A stretch of DNA of 64,000 bases from Nitrospira sp. (lineage in GTDB: Bacteria; Nitrospirota; Nitrospiria; Nitrospirales; Nitrospiraceae). Below, one piece after another: positions 48,852-56,871 of the stretch. The position numbers were made by a program, and so were the translations under genes. The stretch covers positions 13,591 to 77,590 of the forward strand of contig DATELB010000123.1 in the NCBI GenBank assembly GCA_035277085.1, given 5' to 3'. Positions within the stretch are counted from its first letter, which is position 1. The number at the start of each line of letters is the position of its first letter. The notes under the pieces are model-generated. The model was given only the letters and a program-made list of their open reading frames with translations, was not told the DNA's origin and ran no database searches.

Positions 48852-50240
48852 TTACGAGGAGAATCGGTCGGCCACGGCAGCCGGCCTGATGACCCATACC
48901 ATGACCGCCGCAAACGCCATCGAGCCCGTTGCGGCAAGCCATAGAAACACTTCAAGCTTTCCGAACACTGCAAAGAGTAGCACGACAACAGAAAAATCCC
49001 TGCTGGCCACATTCTTGAGCATGAAATCCGACCAGGCCGCGTGGAGCGGGGTTTTCCATTCACTGGCACTTCTGATTTTCTGGGCCTTGTTTACTAGGAG
49101 AAACGACAGAGCGTTGCCAAAAACGGCGGCGGCGCCCAGGGCAAGGGGAACCCAGGCGCGATCGGCATTACCCGCCTGCACATATGCGCCGACAGCAATT
49201 CCGCCGAAAATGGCCATGTGCACGACATTATCCAACGCGAGGTCCAACCACGCGCCGAACGGAGACTCGGTAAACGTCAGGCGCGCCACCTCGCCGTCGC
49301 TACAGTCTATGACCGCCGCGAATTGGAACAGTAAGGCGGCGACGACGCCGCCGGTATAGCTGCCGGCGGCAAATGCGGCCGCTGCGAAGAGGCCGATCAC
49401 CGTGGCTAGGATGGTAATGGCGTTGGGGGACCAGCCCATCGCGACGAACGCTCGCGTACACCAGAGGGACAGCCGGCGATTGAAATACCGATCGACGAAT
49501 CCTTCAAATTCCCCTTTCAATGACGAATACAGCCGACGCTCTGCCTCGTGTAAACCAGACTCCTCGAACAACAGTTGATACCAGCTGGCCGGACCGTCGG
49601 TTCCAGTGGCGAGCCTCCTCACGTGGCCCTCGACGGATGCTTGCTCCAACCATCGGCCGATCGGCGCCGGGTCTCCCTGAGCCGCCAGTTGAGCGGCGGC
49701 GTTCAATTGTGATGCGGGCATCACGATCACGTCCGCGATTTCGCCGCCCAATGCCCGCCTCCATGCCCGCGGCCTGGCGTCGGCACCATCACCCCTGACG
49801 TCGGGTGGCGCCACGAGGATCGCCTCTCCCGTGCGAACATCGCGCCGCAGGTCTTCGATCAGCGATCGGGAGAACAGGGTGCCGACCCCCGACAACAGGC
49901 AGAACCCGCGGACTTCCGCGGCGAGCGCTTCCCATGTTCGGGGGTCGTCCAACGGGAATTCCCGAATCGGCATCCAACGCACCGGCACCGCCACCCGGGG
50001 GCCTCTGAGGAGTGCCTGCTTCAACAGTTCCTCCTCGGGTCCCGCAAGGACGATTAGCTGCCTGATGCCCGCTCGTTGGAGCGTGAGCACAGTCCGTTGA
50101 AAAAGGCTCATGCCGACGATGGGAGTCAGCGGGTCCACGGCTTTCCGTGCGGAGCCGTCAAACAGATCAATGGAAGGCAATAGCACGGCCGTGGAGAGTC
50201 CCTGAAGCTCGGTGCTTTTATCCAAAATCGGTTCGTTCAT
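48852..50240 (-). CDS. CDP-alcohol phosphotransferase fused to a degenerate N-terminal nucleotidyltransferase-like domain
   Basis: N-terminal IVGMSLFQRTVLTLQRAGIRQL lacks the LAAG motif; C-terminal SPNAIT, DCSDGEVAR...GAWLD...DN signature. Confidence 0.88.
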   Translation of the reverse strand: MNEPILDKSTELQGLSTAVLLPSIDLFDGSARKAVDPLTPIVGMSLFQRTVLTLQRAGIRQLIVLAGPEEELLKQALLRGPRVAVPVRWMPIREFPLDDPRTWEALAAEVRGFCLLSGVGTLFSRSLIEDLRRDVRTGEAILVAPPDVRGDGADARPRAWRRALGGEIADVIVMPASQLNAAAQLAAQGDPAPIGRWLEQASVEGHVRRLATGTDGPASWYQLLFEESGLHEAERRLYSSLKGEFEGFVDRYFNRRLSLWCTRAFVAMGWSPNAITILATVIGLFAAAAFAAGSYTGGVVAALLFQFAAVIDCSDGEVARLTFTESPFGAWLDLALDNVVHMAIFGGIAVGAYVQAGNADRAWVPLALGAAAVFGNALSFLLVNKAQKIRSASEWKTPLHAAWSDFMLKNVASRDFSVVVLLFAVFGKLEVFLWLAATGSMAFAAVMVWVIRPAAVADRFSS

Positions 50241-50265
50241 GGTCCGCTGCCGCTTGATCGCGAGT

Positions 50266-50988
50266 CTAGGAAAGCCTGGGCAAGATCTCGCGCTCCGCCC
50301 TCTCTACATCTTCCGGAAAATCGATTTCAGTCCAAGGCAAGCCCCCAATGACCTCGTACCCGACCTTGACGTCCTTGAAAAACCCGATCAGTGCGTCTTC
50401 GTATTCCATGTGCCAGGCGTCACGATCCACGAACGTTCGGAGTGACGCCACGACATGGGGAGCATCCGCGTGACGCACCCTGAGGAATCCGACGCCCTCA
50501 CCGGCATGGTCGTATCGTGACGGCATGTGTTTGGTAAGCGCGACCACGCGGCCCCCTTCGGCGACCACCATGCATTCTTCTCCCGTCTGTTTGACCGAAT
50601 CGTCCATCAGCAGCGCATTCGGATAGGCTGATCGCAGCAACCGGCGCAGGATCTCCCGATCAAAGAGTACATCGGCATCCATGATCACGACGTCATCGTC
50701 CATCACCGTCCGCGCCACCCAAAGGGAGGAAATGCTGCCGCGGTGAAAATGTTCGTTGACGAGGAACTGAACGTGGACGCCGAAGGAGTTGGATTCTGCC
50801 GCAGCGCGAATCATTTCCTGCTTGTAACCTACGACGATGTCAGCGCGCTTCACACCTAAGCTCGACAAGGCCGACAAATAGCGGGACAGCAAGGTCTGAC
50901 CACCGATCTCAATGAGGCATTTGGGGCGATGCTGGGTGACGGGCCAGAGGCGCTTTCCGACTCCGGCCGCCAGAATGACGGCTTTCAT
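50266..50988 (-). CDS. LicC/PntC-type (phosphocholine/phosphonate) cytidylyltransferase
   Basis: KAVILAAGVGKRL, PKCLIEIGG, MDADVLFD, GEGVG, WTEIDFPED. Confidence 0.85.
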   Translation of the reverse strand: MKAVILAAGVGKRLWPVTQHRPKCLIEIGGQTLLSRYLSALSSLGVKRADIVVGYKQEMIRAAAESNSFGVHVQFLVNEHFHRGSISSLWVARTVMDDDVVIMDADVLFDREILRRLLRSAYPNALLMDDSVKQTGEECMVVAEGGRVVALTKHMPSRYDHAGEGVGFLRVRHADAPHVVASLRTFVDRDAWHMEYEDALIGFFKDVKVGYEVIGGLPWTEIDFPEDVERAEREILPRLS

Positions 50989-52070
50989 GGACGCTTGCCG
51001 ATCTCGTTTTCGAAGGCGTCGAGGAACTCGACAAATTGCTGCTCGGTGAGCGCACCCATATTGGCGATGCGGAAAATGCTGTGCTCAAGGTTGCCCTGCC
51101 CGGCATAAATCACATACCCGCGCGCCTTCAGTCGATCATGCAGCGTCTGATAGGAAAGCCCCTCCGGCAGATAGTAGGCAGTGATGCTGTTGGATTGCCG
51201 GTCTGGGGGCAGGACAGGCCTGACGCCGATTTTCGCCATTCGTTCGCGGATCAACGTCGCCATCCGTTTATAGCGCTGAATCCGCTTGGCCACCCCTTCT
51301 TCCAGCAGTTCGTTGAGCGCCTCGTCAAACGCGTAATAAATTTGGACGGCAGGGGTAAACGGCACGACTCCCCGGCCTTGATCGTCGACGTAGTGCGTCA
51401 AATGCAAGTACAAGGACCGCTTGGGATACGTCCGCATTCGTTCTAAAAATCCTTTCCGTACCAGCACGAAAGAGACGCCGGGGAATCCCTGAATGCATTT
51501 TCCGGCGGTTCCGGCCACCATATAGATCTTCGAACCGGCAATATCGATATGCTCTCCTGCCAACGCGCTCACGGCGTCCAAAATGAACACGCGGTTTAAG
51601 CCGTCAACGACTTCCGCAACGGCTTTTCCGGGATTCAGCAATCCTGTGGTCGTCTCATGGTGAACCATTCCTACCGCATGGACCTCGGGATGCTGGCGGA
51701 GCGCCAAACGCAACCGCTCAGGATCTGGGCGCTCTGTCCACTCATGCTTGAGCTCCGACACTCCCAAGCGGTGGAGGCCGACCATCTGAGACATCCGCTC
51801 TCCATACACGCCGTTATTGATGATTAACGCGCGCTTGCCGTGTGGAATCGAGGACATCAAGGCCGATTCGACGGCCGCGGTACCGGAGCCGGTGATTAGC
51901 ACGGCCGTATAATCTGCCTCCGCACCGGGCACGAAGGCTTTGAGCAGCTTTGACTGAATTCCCTGCTGTAACTCTGCAAAGTCCGATTCTCGGTGACAGA
52001 TATCGGGACGCAACAGCGCCTGCCGTACACGCTCCGACACATTCACCGGTCCTGGATTCAACAACATCAT
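50985..52070 (-). CDS. 2-aminoethylphosphonate aminotransferase-like protein (class V PLP; PhnW/AepZ family)
   Basis: LLNPGPV, ITGSGTAAVE, NNGVYGER, HHETTTGLLNP, DAVSA, GKCIQGFPG, FRIANMG. Confidence 0.85.
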   Translation of the reverse strand: MMLLNPGPVNVSERVRQALLRPDICHRESDFAELQQGIQSKLLKAFVPGAEADYTAVLITGSGTAAVESALMSSIPHGKRALIINNGVYGERMSQMVGLHRLGVSELKHEWTERPDPERLRLALRQHPEVHAVGMVHHETTTGLLNPGKAVAEVVDGLNRVFILDAVSALAGEHIDIAGSKIYMVAGTAGKCIQGFPGVSFVLVRKGFLERMRTYPKRSLYLHLTHYVDDQGRGVVPFTPAVQIYYAFDEALNELLEEGVAKRIQRYKRMATLIRERMAKIGVRPVLPPDRQSNSITAYYLPEGLSYQTLHDRLKARGYVIYAGQGNLEHSIFRIANMGALTEQQFVEFLDAFENEIGKRP

Positions 52071-52101
52071 GATGAGAAGATCCTGTCGGGGTTGGCGGCC
52101 G

Positions 52102-52680
52102 TTATGCAATGCCGGTCATAAACCGCTTCGTGATGTCCGGCGGATCGAGCACGATCCGTCCGGCGTCTTCCGCAAACTCATTCACCTTGATCAGCAGCAA
52201 GCTGGGGCCGTCCTTCTTGAGCATTTCCTTGAATTCGTAGATCAGATCGTCGCGGTCGAGCGCGCGTTCGACATTCACGTAGCCTGCCGCTTTGGCCACT
52301 TTGTCGAGGGGCACGACATTCGAAATAGTGGGCTGGTTCCCCGTCGTGCCGTAGACCTCGTTGTCGAAGACCACATGGACAAAATTTTTCGGTCGCAATG
52401 CGCCGACCGTCGCCAATGTGCCCATGCCCATCAAGACGTTCCCGTCGCCGTCGAACGTGACCACTTGTTTGTGTGGTTTGGCCAGCGCCACGCCAAGTGC
52501 GATGGCCGGCGCATTTCCCATGGAGCCGATCATATAAAAATGCGTCGGACGATCGGCGATCTTCTGGACCTCGCGCGATGGAAATCCGTTGCAGACGATC
52601 AGAGGCTGATCCGTCAGCAATTCCAGCAGCGCGGCCATCGCCTGGGCTCGGCTGATCAATGTCCCCTGCTCCGGCCTCAT
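52102..52680 (-). CDS. TPP-dependent phosphonopyruvate/sulfopyruvate decarboxylase beta subunit (ComE-like)
   Basis: NGFPSRE, FYMIGSMG, TPP motif DGDGNVLMGMG...DNEVYGTTGNQPT. Confidence 0.85.
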   Translation of the reverse strand: MRPEQGTLISRAQAMAALLELLTDQPLIVCNGFPSREVQKIADRPTHFYMIGSMGNAPAIALGVALAKPHKQVVTFDGDGNVLMGMGTLATVGALRPKNFVHVVFDNEVYGTTGNQPTISNVVPLDKVAKAAGYVNVERALDRDDLIYEFKEMLKKDGPSLLLIKVNEFAEDAGRIVLDPPDITKRFMTGIA

Positions 52681-53174
52681 GGATGTAAGCCCTTCACAAC
52701 GCCTTTAGTGATGAACAGCGCAAGGGGTATTCTCTGTTTCATAAACGTCTCGGCCACCCACTTGAAATCTTCGACCGCCGTCTTTTCGGTCAATGTGCGA
52801 TGAGGGATCTTCATCGTATCCAGGAATTGGGGCATGACCTCCCCCATCACCAGATGTTCGGGAGCGTCTTTGCCGCCTTGGCCACGCCAGGACACGATGA
52901 GAATGCAGGGCTGCTTGTAAATAACGTTCAAGGAAATCAGCGTGTTGAGGGAAGTCCCCAGCCCGGAGTTTTGCATGAGTACGGCGGGAATCTTGCCGCC
53001 CATATACGCTCCCGCAGCCATGGCCACCGCTTCGTCCTCGCGGACGGCCGGCGTATACAGGCGCCGATCCATTAATTCAGCGATAATGCCGCCGAGGATT
53101 GAATCCGGCACACCGGTGAAAAAATTCACCCCCATGTCCTGCAAAACCTGAACGAAGGCATCGCTTTCGATCAT
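52677..53174 (-). CDS. TPP-dependent phosphonopyruvate/sulfopyruvate decarboxylase alpha subunit (ComD-like)
   Basis: Real start ATG 53174 (or 53186); the rest of the ORF-track call is antisense to the next gene. FFTGVPDS, REDEAVAMAAG, MQNSGLG, WRG...DAPEH..MG. Confidence 0.85.
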   Translation of the reverse strand: MIESDAFVQVLQDMGVNFFTGVPDSILGGIIAELMDRRLYTPAVREDEAVAMAAGAYMGGKIPAVLMQNSGLGTSLNTLISLNVIYKQPCILIVSWRGQGGKDAPEHLVMGEVMPQFLDTMKIPHRTLTEKTAVEDFKWVAETFMKQRIPLALFITKGVVKGLHP

Positions 53175-53210
53175 GACCGGCGTCATCCTCCAACAGGAAA
53201 AATTTCGCGC

Positions 53211-53240
53211 ATTATAAGCCATGGCAAGACGCATTCTCAA
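53211..53240 (-). promoter_or_regulatory. Promoter of the phosphonate-type operon
   Basis: TTGAGA (53240-53235), 18-nt spacer, perfect TATAAT (53216-53211). Confidence 0.7.
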
Positions 53241-53253
53241 GGAAACGAACCCG

Positions 53254-53282
53254 TTGCACGGCTTCCCACTGCATGATAGCGT
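53254..53282 (+). promoter_or_regulatory. Divergent promoter of the exported-protein pair (leaderless geometry)
   Basis: TTGCAC, 17-nt spacer, extended -10 TG-A-TAGCGT, then 6 nt to ATG 53289 with no SD. Confidence 0.6.
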
Positions 53283-53288
53283 TACCGC

Positions 53289-53795
53289 ATGCGACTGATT
53301 GGCGCGTTGCTGGCAGGCTGGATGATCGCGGTTCCTGCAGTCGCCGGCGCCGTGTCGATGACGAACGATCCCAAAGGCTTTCGCAACATCGTCTGGGGCA
53401 CTGCACTGCATGCGCGGGCGGATTTGGAACCGACCGGCCGCGGACGTAACATCATCGAATATCGTTTCAAAAATTCGGCGCCTTCTTTCGCCGATATTCC
53501 TGTAGAAAGCCTGCATCTCTCGACGGTAGACGGCCAATTCGCGCGGGTGACGATCCGATATCGGGGCGAAGAGACCCATAAAAAGATCCTCGCGTTTCTC
53601 GAGTCGGAATTCGGCCCGACCGAACGCCTGCCGGGTCAAATGTTGCGCGGCCTGAATCAGCAATACACCTGGCGAGGCAGCGAGTCGGAGATCAATCTCA
53701 CCTATCAGGCCGGCACAGAGCGCGGCTATTTGTTTTTGGACAGTCGCACCCTGGCACCCCGATTCAACGATTTGCTCGCCGATACGGCGGAGTAA
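53289..53795 (+). CDS. Exported hypothetical protein, paralog 1
   Basis: Signal peptide; DPKGFRNIVWG, FARVTIRY, LESEFGP, YTWRG. Confidence 0.75.
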   Translation: MRLIGALLAGWMIAVPAVAGAVSMTNDPKGFRNIVWGTALHARADLEPTGRGRNIIEYRFKNSAPSFADIPVESLHLSTVDGQFARVTIRYRGEETHKKILAFLESEFGPTERLPGQMLRGLNQQYTWRGSESEINLTYQAGTERGYLFLDSRTLAPRFNDLLADTAE

Positions 53796-53799
53796 CGCC

Positions 53800-54348
53800 A
53801 TGCTGGATTGGCGAATGTTCACACGCACCGTTAGCCTTATCGCCCTCGTCGGCGCCGCTTTGTCATCGGACGGCGTCGCGCTCGCCGTGCAGATGAAGGA
53901 AGATCCTCGCGGGTTCGAGGGAATTCCGTGGGGAGCGACCCTTTCCGAATCCGAGACGTTTGGAAAGGTGGAGGATGCCGGCCGGCTGAAGACCTATGAA
54001 CTCAAAGGCGGAACTCCCTCTTTCGGTCCCGCGAAAGTCGAGTCAATGAGATTCACCACCGTCGATGACCGCTTCGCTCGGGTCACCGTCCGATACGAAG
54101 GCAAAGAAACCCACGACCAGCTGCTAAACTTCCTGCAGTCCCGCTACGGGCCGCTCGATCGCACGCCTGGCCAGTTCGCTGGAGGGGCGGTCAAGCTGTT
54201 TGCGTGGCAAGGTGAAGAAACCGCTGTCAGCTTGCGCTATGAGATTCGCACGGACCGGGGAATCATCTTCTTCGAAAACCCTTCGCTCGCGAGCCGCATC
54301 GAGGGCGCGATGGCGCCCGAACCCGACGTGGGCGGTGCCACGTATTAA
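53800..54348 (+). CDS. Exported hypothetical protein, paralog 2
   Basis: Signal peptide; DPRGFEGIPWG, FARVTVRY, LQSRYGP, FAWQG; co-linear with paralog 1. Confidence 0.75.
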   Translation: MLDWRMFTRTVSLIALVGAALSSDGVALAVQMKEDPRGFEGIPWGATLSESETFGKVEDAGRLKTYELKGGTPSFGPAKVESMRFTTVDDRFARVTVRYEGKETHDQLLNFLQSRYGPLDRTPGQFAGGAVKLFAWQGEETAVSLRYEIRTDRGIIFFENPSLASRIEGAMAPEPDVGGATY

Positions 54349-54783
54349 TGGAGACCGCCGCAGATAGTTTTCATGAACGCGCTCTCGCATCATGAGCCGT
54401 CATCAAAGGCCAAACCATTTCTTGAGCGCGCCTTCGGCGGCTCAACGAAGCCAACATCATAGAGATTGCCGTCATTCGGGGTTCTAAAGAAGAAGCGATT
54501 GCGCTGCCCAACATCCCGCTATCGGACAGCATCTACCGCTTGACTAAGCGCCCGACGAATTCATCGGAATGGCGATGTTTTCCGACCGCCGGTCGCAAGA
54601 ACGGTACAAAGCCTCCGGCTTTCACGAAGCCCGCAGCGTCAGTAAGGCGTCCTTCACAGATCTCGTCCAGGAACTGCTTGACGAGGGACACCACGTCAAA
54701 ATGCCGTGCCGGTCTTCAAAGGCTGGATAAAAGTCGATCCCTTCGAGGAGTATCAGGAAGCCTGGGCCCGAACCCGCCACTGA
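54348..54783 (+). pseudogene. Decayed nucleotidyltransferase (LicC/PntC-like) gene remnant
   Basis: Fragments in shifting frames: IKGQTI (54402), LERA (54421), LNEANIIEIAVIRGSKEEAIALPNI (54441), RY, a deletion, EFIGMAMFS...QERYKASGFHEARSVSKASFTDLVQELLDEGHHV (54557-54697), then AVPVFKGWIKVDPFEEYQEAWARTRH-stop (54703-54783). Confidence 0.8.
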
Positions 54784-54930
54784 GTCCCACGTAGATCCAC
54801 GTAGTCTTCGTTTGCTCGACCACCACGCGATTTCTGCCCCCCTTCAGGAGGGTTCTCGACCCCCTCGATCTGGGAATGGCTGAAACCTGCCCCTGGGGTA
54901 TTCTCGAGATGTGTCGATGAGGAGGTCCCC

Positions 54931-55350
54931 ATGAAATGCAGCTTGCCTGAACAGAATCTCGCCGCCCCCCGCGCCCATGCGCCTCTGGACCGCCGCTACG
55001 CCGAACGAGCCCTGATCCACAATGAAGTCACCTATACCAGCACCGAGGGCGCCAGGTTCACGACATCCAGCGGGTCCCTGCAAGATCTCTCGAAAACCGG
55101 CTGCAAAGTGGTGGGAACGACGCTTCCTGCGATCGGCGGCAGTCTCACCATCACCTTGTACTTGAACGACGGCCAGGCGCCCTTGCGCCTGACAGACGCT
55201 ACGGTGTCATGGATCAAGGGCAATGTCTTCGCCGTTCGGTTTCCGAAGCTGACGGAAGAGGAACGGAAACGGATTCAAGCAGCCATTTGGAAACATGTCA
55301 GTTTGTCCGCAGCCAAGGACCAGCGAACAGCGTTTCGCATCGTTCCGTAA
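54931..55350 (+). CDS. Stand-alone PilZ domain protein
   Basis: SD GGAGG; RYAER, DLSKTG, A.V.W, FAVRF. Confidence 0.85.
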   Translation: MKCSLPEQNLAAPRAHAPLDRRYAERALIHNEVTYTSTEGARFTTSSGSLQDLSKTGCKVVGTTLPAIGGSLTITLYLNDGQAPLRLTDATVSWIKGNVFAVRFPKLTEEERKRIQAAIWKHVSLSAAKDQRTAFRIVP

Positions 55351-55384
55351 CGAAGCGGCATACGAACGGCACCACGGAGGAAGG

Positions 55385-55780
55385 ATGAGACAGCTGAGCA
55401 TCGAGCAGTCGCGCAGGATTGCGCACAAGTCAACTCGCGAAAACCGTCGAGGGACCGAGCGCGTCCCCACGCAGTTCAGTTTGATGTACTCCGGAATGTG
55501 CGACGGCCGCATGCTCATCGGGAGCGGCATTGTCAGAAACGTCTCCGAATCCGGGATCGGCATCCATGGCAATCATCCAGTCAAGCTCGGGATGGACCTC
55601 TCACTCTTTATCGAACTTCCCGGCGTGGAGGAACCTGTGTGCATTGCCGAAAGCCGGGTATCTTGGGTATCGGGACGGCGCTTCGGAGTTGAGGTAAACG
55701 CGCCCAAACTGGAAACCCAGAATGAGCTGAGGTTTTACGTCTGGAATCATCTGCATCGGCACAGCGCCAAGAAAGGATAA
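55385..55780 (+). CDS. Stand-alone PilZ domain protein
   Basis: Start reassigned to ATG 55385 after GGAGGAAGG; RGTER, NVSESG, V.WV, FGVE. Confidence 0.85.
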   Translation: MRQLSIEQSRRIAHKSTRENRRGTERVPTQFSLMYSGMCDGRMLIGSGIVRNVSESGIGIHGNHPVKLGMDLSLFIELPGVEEPVCIAESRVSWVSGRRFGVEVNAPKLETQNELRFYVWNHLHRHSAKKG

Positions 55781-55784
55781 GGCC

Positions 55785-56156
55785 ATGAAACAAACACGAG
55801 CGCCGAGGCTTACGCATAGAACCCGTCCCCTCTGCGACCGGCGTGCAGAACACCGCCTGCCGGTCGATTTCCGGCTGATGTATTCCGCACAGGACGAGAG
55901 GGAAGAATTGATCATGGGCGACGGCAGCGTTCTGGATCTCTCCAGCAAAGGTCTCCACATCCGCGGCAATAGGCCCGTGAAGCCGGGCCTTGACATGACG
56001 TTGTTTCTGTATCTTCCCGACGGCCAAGACCCTTTGTTCGTCCTCAGCGCCAAGGTGGCATGGTCGAAGGGCCATCAATTCGGGGCGGAGATTCTGAAAA
56101 TGAATCTGCGCGAGCGCAATCGATTGCGGTATTTTCTCTCCTCGAATCCCCGGTAA
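55785..56156 (+). CDS. Stand-alone PilZ domain protein
   Basis: RAEHR, DLSSKG, AKVAW, FGAE. Confidence 0.85.
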   Translation: MKQTRAPRLTHRTRPLCDRRAEHRLPVDFRLMYSAQDEREELIMGDGSVLDLSSKGLHIRGNRPVKPGLDMTLFLYLPDGQDPLFVLSAKVAWSKGHQFGAEILKMNLRERNRLRYFLSSNPR

Positions 56157-56184
56157 GCGGCCTCCCTCGCAATCCCGTTCTTGG

Positions 56185-56235
56185 TTGTCAGCCATGGGAA
56201 CTTCGTGCTACGCTTTTCGGTGAGTAATTACTCAC
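56185..56235 (+). promoter_or_regulatory. Promoter and TetR-type operator of the efflux operon
   Basis: TTGTCA, 18-nt spacer, TG-C-TACGCT; perfect 16-bp palindrome GTGAGTAATTACTCAC at 56220-56235 over the predicted TSS. Confidence 0.75.
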
Positions 56236-56247
56236 TCACTATCCACG

Positions 56248-56871
56248 ATGGCGCGACAACCTCGGCCGACCAGTCAACAGCGTCAGGCGGGTTTGATTGC
56301 TGCGGCCGCATCTCTCTTCGCGGCCAAAGGCTTCAACGGCACAACGACCAAAGAGATAGCCCGCGCGGCCGGGGTGAGCGAAGCACTGGTCTTCAAGCAT
56401 TTCCCCACCAAGCATGCGCTGTACGGCGCGATTCTGGCCGAAAAGGTCACGATTGAGGAGCTGCTCGGCGCCGTCGAAGAATCCGCAAAGAAACGGGATG
56501 ACCGCCGCGTTTTCACCTTGATCGCCGGCTTCCGCATCAAACCCAATGTGGATTCCACCTTTCTGCGGTTGCTGCTTTTCAGCGCGCTCGAGGGTCATGA
56601 GTTGTCCCAAATGTTCTTCGGAAAGCATCACCGCGTCCTTTACGACCACCTGGCCGCGTACATCGAGACGAGAATCGGGGAAGGCGCCTTCCGCGAGGTC
56701 GATCCGCTGTTGGCCGCCCGGGCCTTCATCGGAATGGTCGTCCATCACCGGCTGCTCCACGAAATCTTTGGCGTGCCGATGCACCGCTCGCATGACGAAA
56801 CGGTCGCGACCTATGTCGACTTGTTCCTGCACGGCCTGGTGAAAAGCCAAACGGGGAGACGGACCGCATGA
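56248..56871 (+). CDS. TetR/AcrR family transcriptional regulator
   Basis: AA.LFA.KGF.GTTTKEIARAAGVSEALVFKHFPTK HTH. Confidence 0.93.
   Translation: MARQPRPTSQQRQAGLIAAAASLFAAKGFNGTTTKEIARAAGVSEALVFKHFPTKHALYGAILAEKVTIEELLGAVEESAKKRDDRRVFTLIAGFRIKPNVDSTFLRLLLFSALEGHELSQMFFGKHHRVLYDHLAAYIETRIGEGAFREVDPLLAARAFIGMVVHHRLLHEIFGVPMHRSHDETVATYVDLFLHGLVKSQTGRRTA

Noticed and set aside
53187-53828. N-terminal 217 aa of ORF 52677..53828(-)
   Set aside because: Antisense to the exported-protein gene and crosses two promoters; the ComD-like domain starts at 53174.
54787-54804. CCACGTAG direct repeat at 10-nt period upstream of the PilZ triplet
   Set aside because: Only two copies of 8 nt and no identifiable promoter context; could be chance.
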